Below the pieces are notes generated by a model. That model was not told where the DNA came from and ran no database searches. It was given only the letters and a program-made list of their open reading frames with translations. From an uncultured Gemmatimonadales bacterium (GTDB taxonomy: Bacteria > Gemmatimonadota > Gemmatimonadetes > Gemmatimonadales > GWC2-71-9), in the NCBI GenBank assembly GCA_963739455.1, contig CAVUAK010000003.1, forward strand, positions 384,001 to 448,000: a stretch of DNA of 64,000 nucleotides. Reading direction: 5' to 3'. Each line of letters starts with the position of its first letter. Within the stretch, counting starts at the first letter, position 1. This document shows, one piece after another, positions 60,260-64,000 of the stretch. The translations under genes and the position numbers were made by a program.

Positions 60260-60300
60260 CAACAATTGCGCGATGGAGGCGTGGGAGTCACCTTCGTCCC

Positions 60301-61941
60301 ATGGAACGACGTGATTTCCTGCAGTGGACCGGTCTCGCGGGAGCCTCCCTTCTTCCGCGCCCGGCATTCTGGTCCGGCAGCCTCACTCCTGTCCCCACTG
60401 CTGACCGCAAGGCGCTGGCCAACGTCGCGCTCAACGCCGCCCGGAGCCAGGGGGCGAGTTACGCCGACGTGCGGATCGGGCGGTACCTGAACCAGTTCAT
60501 CAATGGCCGAGAAATCACGATCCAGGGGATCGTGAGTACCGAGTCCTACGGGGCGGGGGTTCGGGTCATCGCGCAGGGGACGTGGGGCTTCGCGGCGACC
60601 GGGGACGTGACGCCCGACGGCATCGCGGCAGCCGCAGTGCAGGCGGTCGCGATCGCCAAGGCCAATTCCCGCCTCCAGACGGAGCCGGTGACGCTCGCGC
60701 CGCAACGCGGGGTGGGCGAGGTCGCCTGGAAGACCCCGGTGGAGCAGAACGCGCTGGACGTCCCGCTGGGGGAAAAGTGCGAGCTGCTGGTCGCTGTTGG
60801 CGCGGCCGCGATGGCGGCCGGCGCGAATTACATCAACTCCGGACTCTTCCTCGTCAACGAGCAGAAGTACTTCGCCTCGACCGAGGGCAGCTACATCGAC
60901 CAGGACATCCAGCGCATCTGGCCGTCCTTCCAGGTCACCGTAGTCGACAAGTCCACCGGCCGTTTCGAGCAGCGGAGTTCGCTCGGGGCGCCGATGGGCA
61001 GCGGTTGGGAGTACCTGACGATGCGGCCCGGGGACCGGATCGCCTCGGCGGCTGGCATGCCCGTGTATGGCAGCCGGTATGACATGCTCGAGGATGCCCG
61101 ACTGGCCCCCGCACAGGCGAAGGAAAAGGCGGCGGCTGCCTCAGTGTCACCGGGCGACTGGGACCTGGTGCTCGACCCGTCAAATCTCTGGCTCACGATC
61201 CACGAGTCCGTTGGGCATCCGCTGGAGCTGGACCGGGTGTTGGGGTATGAGGCCAACTTCGCAGGCACCAGCTTCGCAACCCTCGACAAGTGGCGATCGG
61301 GCTCGTTCCAGTACGGCGACAAGATGGTGACATTCGTGGCCGACCGGACGCAGCCCGGGTCGCTGCAGGCGGCCGGCTACGATGACGAGGGCGTCCCGAC
61401 ACGGGAATGGGACCTGGTGCGCGATGGGACCCTCGTGAATTACCAGGCGATCCGCGACCAGGTTCACGTCCTGGGACAGGACACCTCGCAGGGCTGTTGC
61501 CACGCCGATAGCTGGAGCTCGATGCAGTTCCAGCGGATGCCCAACGTGTCGCTCCTCCCGGGCCCGGCACCACTGACGCCCGCCGAAATGGTGGCCGGCG
61601 TCGAGAAGGGGATCTATATCATCGGCGACGGCTCGTATTCGATCGACCAGCAGCGCTACAACTTTCAGTTCGGTGGCGTGCTGTTCTACGAAATCAGGGA
61701 GGGGAAGCTCGTCGGCATGCTGCGCGACGCGGCATATCAGGCGAACACCGTGGAGTTCTGGAACGCCGTGACCGGCATTTGTGACCGGCGGGATTACCGG
61801 TTGGGCGGGTCATTCTTCGACGGCAAGGGGCAGCCAATACAGATCAGCGCGGTATCGCATGGCTGCGCGACGACTCGTATCGATCGGGTCAACGTACTCA
61901 ACACCGCGCGCACCATTCCGGGCAGCCGTGCCGCGACTTGA
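60301..61941 (+). CDS. tldD: TldD metalloprotease with Tat-like signal
   Basis: RRDFL, YADVR, HESVGH, RMPNV, SHGC. Confidence 0.88.
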   Translation: MERRDFLQWTGLAGASLLPRPAFWSGSLTPVPTADRKALANVALNAARSQGASYADVRIGRYLNQFINGREITIQGIVSTESYGAGVRVIAQGTWGFAATGDVTPDGIAAAAVQAVAIAKANSRLQTEPVTLAPQRGVGEVAWKTPVEQNALDVPLGEKCELLVAVGAAAMAAGANYINSGLFLVNEQKYFASTEGSYIDQDIQRIWPSFQVTVVDKSTGRFEQRSSLGAPMGSGWEYLTMRPGDRIASAAGMPVYGSRYDMLEDARLAPAQAKEKAAAASVSPGDWDLVLDPSNLWLTIHESVGHPLELDRVLGYEANFAGTSFATLDKWRSGSFQYGDKMVTFVADRTQPGSLQAAGYDDEGVPTREWDLVRDGTLVNYQAIRDQVHVLGQDTSQGCCHADSWSSMQFQRMPNVSLLPGPAPLTPAEMVAGVEKGIYIIGDGSYSIDQQRYNFQFGGVLFYEIREGKLVGMLRDAAYQANTVEFWNAVTGICDRRDYRLGGSFFDGKGQPIQISAVSHGCATTRIDRVNVLNTARTIPGSRAAT

Positions 61942-63247
61942 CGAAGCCGGCGCCAGGCAGCTGCTGGAGAAAATCCTCAAGCTCTCGCGGGCATCGGCGT
62001 GTGAGGCAACGATTGGCGGCGGCCACGGCGGCAACCTGCGCTACGCCCGCAACACCGTCACTACCGGCGGCGCACGGCAGGACCTGAACCTGTCGGTCAC
62101 CTCGTACCAGGGCAGGCGCAGCGGGGTCGCCACGGCAAACCAGTTCGACGATGCCACCCTCGAGCGCACCGTGCGACGCTCCGAGCAACTCGCTCAGCTC
62201 GCGCCCGAGGATCCCGAGACAATGCCGCCCCTGGGACCGCAGCTCTACACGCCGATACCGCACGCGTATCGCGAGGCAACAGCGGCCATCTCCCCGGAGT
62301 ATCGCGCCGCCATAGCCGAGGGAAGCATCGTGTCGGCCCGGACAGCGGGCTGCGTGGCCGCGGGCTTCCTGCAGGACGGGGCCAGCTGGCGGGCCATGGC
62401 CAACAGCGCAGGACTGTTCGCCTGGCATCGGGAGACGTCTCTGGATTTCTCGGTGACGATGCGGACGGGCGACGGGCTCGGGTCTGGCTACGCTGCCCGG
62501 GACGAGAACGACGTCGATCGATTCGACGGTGTGGCGGCGTCCGGCATCGCGCTGGAAAAGGCACTCGCGTCGCGGCAGGCAACGGCGCTGGAGCCCGGCA
62601 AGTATACCGTCATCATGGAGCCGACCGCGGCGGTCGAACTGCTGCAACCGCTGGTGTTCGGCCTGGATGCGCGGTCAGCGGATGAAGGTCGCAGCCCGGT
62701 GTCGAAGCCTGGTGGTGGCACAATGGTGGGTGAGCGACTGGTCAACGAGTCAGTGAGCATCTGGTCGGATCCTGCGCATGCCGATGTTCCAAACTCGCCA
62801 TGGAGCAACGACGGTCGTCCGCAGGAACGGGTCGCCTGGATCGACAAGGGCGTGGTGCGGAATCTCCAGTATTCGCGGTACTGGGCGGAGAAACAGGGGA
62901 AACCGGCAACGCCCCCGCCAAACGGCTTCATCATGTCTGGCGGGAGCATGACACTGGACGAGCTCATCCGGGATACCACAAGGGGCATCCTGGTGACGCG
63001 CTTCTGGTATATCCGTAGTGTGGACCCACAGACGCTGCTGCAGACCGGCCTGACGCGTGACGGCACGTTCCTCATCGAGAACGGCCGGATCGTCCACGCC
63101 ATTAGCAACTTCCGGTTCAATGAATCGCCGATCATCATGCTGAACAACGTCGAGGCCCTGGGCCAGCCCGTTCGGGTCCAGGGTTGCATGGTGCCGCCAA
63201 TGCGGATCCGGGACTTCCCATTCACGAGTCTTTCCGACGCCATGTGA
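61928..63247 (+). CDS. tldE: TldE/PmbA partner subunit
   Basis: LEPGKYTVIMEP, TGLTRDGTFLIENG; no HExxxH. Confidence 0.82.
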   Translation: MPRLDEAGARQLLEKILKLSRASACEATIGGGHGGNLRYARNTVTTGGARQDLNLSVTSYQGRRSGVATANQFDDATLERTVRRSEQLAQLAPEDPETMPPLGPQLYTPIPHAYREATAAISPEYRAAIAEGSIVSARTAGCVAAGFLQDGASWRAMANSAGLFAWHRETSLDFSVTMRTGDGLGSGYAARDENDVDRFDGVAASGIALEKALASRQATALEPGKYTVIMEPTAAVELLQPLVFGLDARSADEGRSPVSKPGGGTMVGERLVNESVSIWSDPAHADVPNSPWSNDGRPQERVAWIDKGVVRNLQYSRYWAEKQGKPATPPPNGFIMSGGSMTLDELIRDTTRGILVTRFWYIRSVDPQTLLQTGLTRDGTFLIENGRIVHAISNFRFNESPIIMLNNVEALGQPVRVQGCMVPPMRIRDFPFTSLSDAM

Positions 63248-63256
63248 TGGCTTGGC

Positions 63257-63997
63257 TCAGTAGTAGTTCATTGGCTCCGGTATTCCGGCGGCCCTCAGCG
63301 CTGCCACGCGCTTCGGCAGGCGCGGGTGTGTAGAGGTGAGTTCGGCGTGACGCACCCAGAAGCCCGTTTCCGTTTCTGCCTGGGCGGCGAAGAGCCCGGC
63401 ATTCACGTCGCGGTACAACGACTTGCCGGCAGCAAGCACCAGCAGCCCACGTACCGCCCCTTCCGGTCCGCACTCCGCAGAGAAACGGTCACAGGTGTAT
63501 TCGCAGGCACGCGAGTAGGCCTTGCCGAGGTAGGGTACCAGATGGCCGGGGATCTTGAGCCACCGATGCCTGAGGTGTCCCCGCTTGATGTGCGCCAGTT
63601 CGTGAGCTACCACGAACCCCAGCGCGTCCTCACCCCGGTCCTGTGCCAGCGACACAATATCCGAGTAGAGCACCACGAAGGCCCGCGAGAAGAAGCGGGT
63701 GACGAAGGCGTTCAGCACTCCACCAGCTTGCACGATGTACACCGGGGGCACCGGCTCGAGACCGAGAGCCCTCGCATGACGGAGCACCAGCTGGTGAATG
63801 GTGGGGAACTGCTGCTCCGTCACGCGCACCCCGTTGCCGCGAAGGTGCCCCACGAAGTGGCCATGGATCACGATGTAGAATGCGATGATCGCGGGCACAT
63901 AGATAAGGAGGACGCCCGCTCCCTTGGCTGTCGTGGCAGCGGAGGCCGCCGATGCAGCGGGATTGGCGGGGTCGACCAGCAGTGAGGGCGCAGCCAT
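63257..63997 (-). CDS. M48 family metallopeptidase (may start beyond the window)
   Basis: NAF, HELAH, EYTCD, STHP. Confidence 0.85.
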   Translation of the reverse strand: MAAPSLLVDPANPAASAASAATTAKGAGVLLIYVPAIIAFYIVIHGHFVGHLRGNGVRVTEQQFPTIHQLVLRHARALGLEPVPPVYIVQAGGVLNAFVTRFFSRAFVVLYSDIVSLAQDRGEDALGFVVAHELAHIKRGHLRHRWLKIPGHLVPYLGKAYSRACEYTCDRFSAECGPEGAVRGLLVLAAGKSLYRDVNAGLFAAQAETETGFWVRHAELTSTHPRLPKRVAALRAAGIPEPMNYY

Positions 63998-64000
63998 GGC

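Noticed and set aside
60259..60283. Further GCAAC-N16-CGTG ECF-like sites (also ~53721)
   Set aside because: Weaker matches that are expected by chance in GC-rich DNA.

Overview
GC-rich (~69% by eye) bacterial chromosomal segment. Gene content suggests Gemmatimonadota (inference only). Dozens of single-base frameshifts fall in essential genes and look like long-read indel errors, so genes are reported as joined CDSs with approximate break points. Left to right: the gltB 5' end, divergent from a leuA-ilvB-ilvH-ilvC-leuC-leuD-leuB operon, each side with its own leader peptide and attenuator; ilvD; a porin with ARG-box-like operators; tandem Ser/Thr kinases; dinB with a Mo/W ABC pair; ferritin; alternative complex III (actABCDEF) and a lipoprotein cupredoxin, both preceded by the same Rex/CRP-type box; an ECF sigma/anti-sigma pair; a four-gene ceramide operon (spt, bCerS-like GNAT, CerR-like reductase, Aur1/IPC-synthase-like PAP2 protein); an orphan soxY-soxZ-SoxH-like-rhodanese module; several peptidases; an RND pump lacking docking domains; MltF; and tldDE. 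No rRNA, tRNA, CRISPR array or mobile element was seen. The strongest novelty candidates are the sphingolipid operon with a fungal-type headgroup transferase, the gltB attenuator, and the SoxYZ relay without sox core genes.
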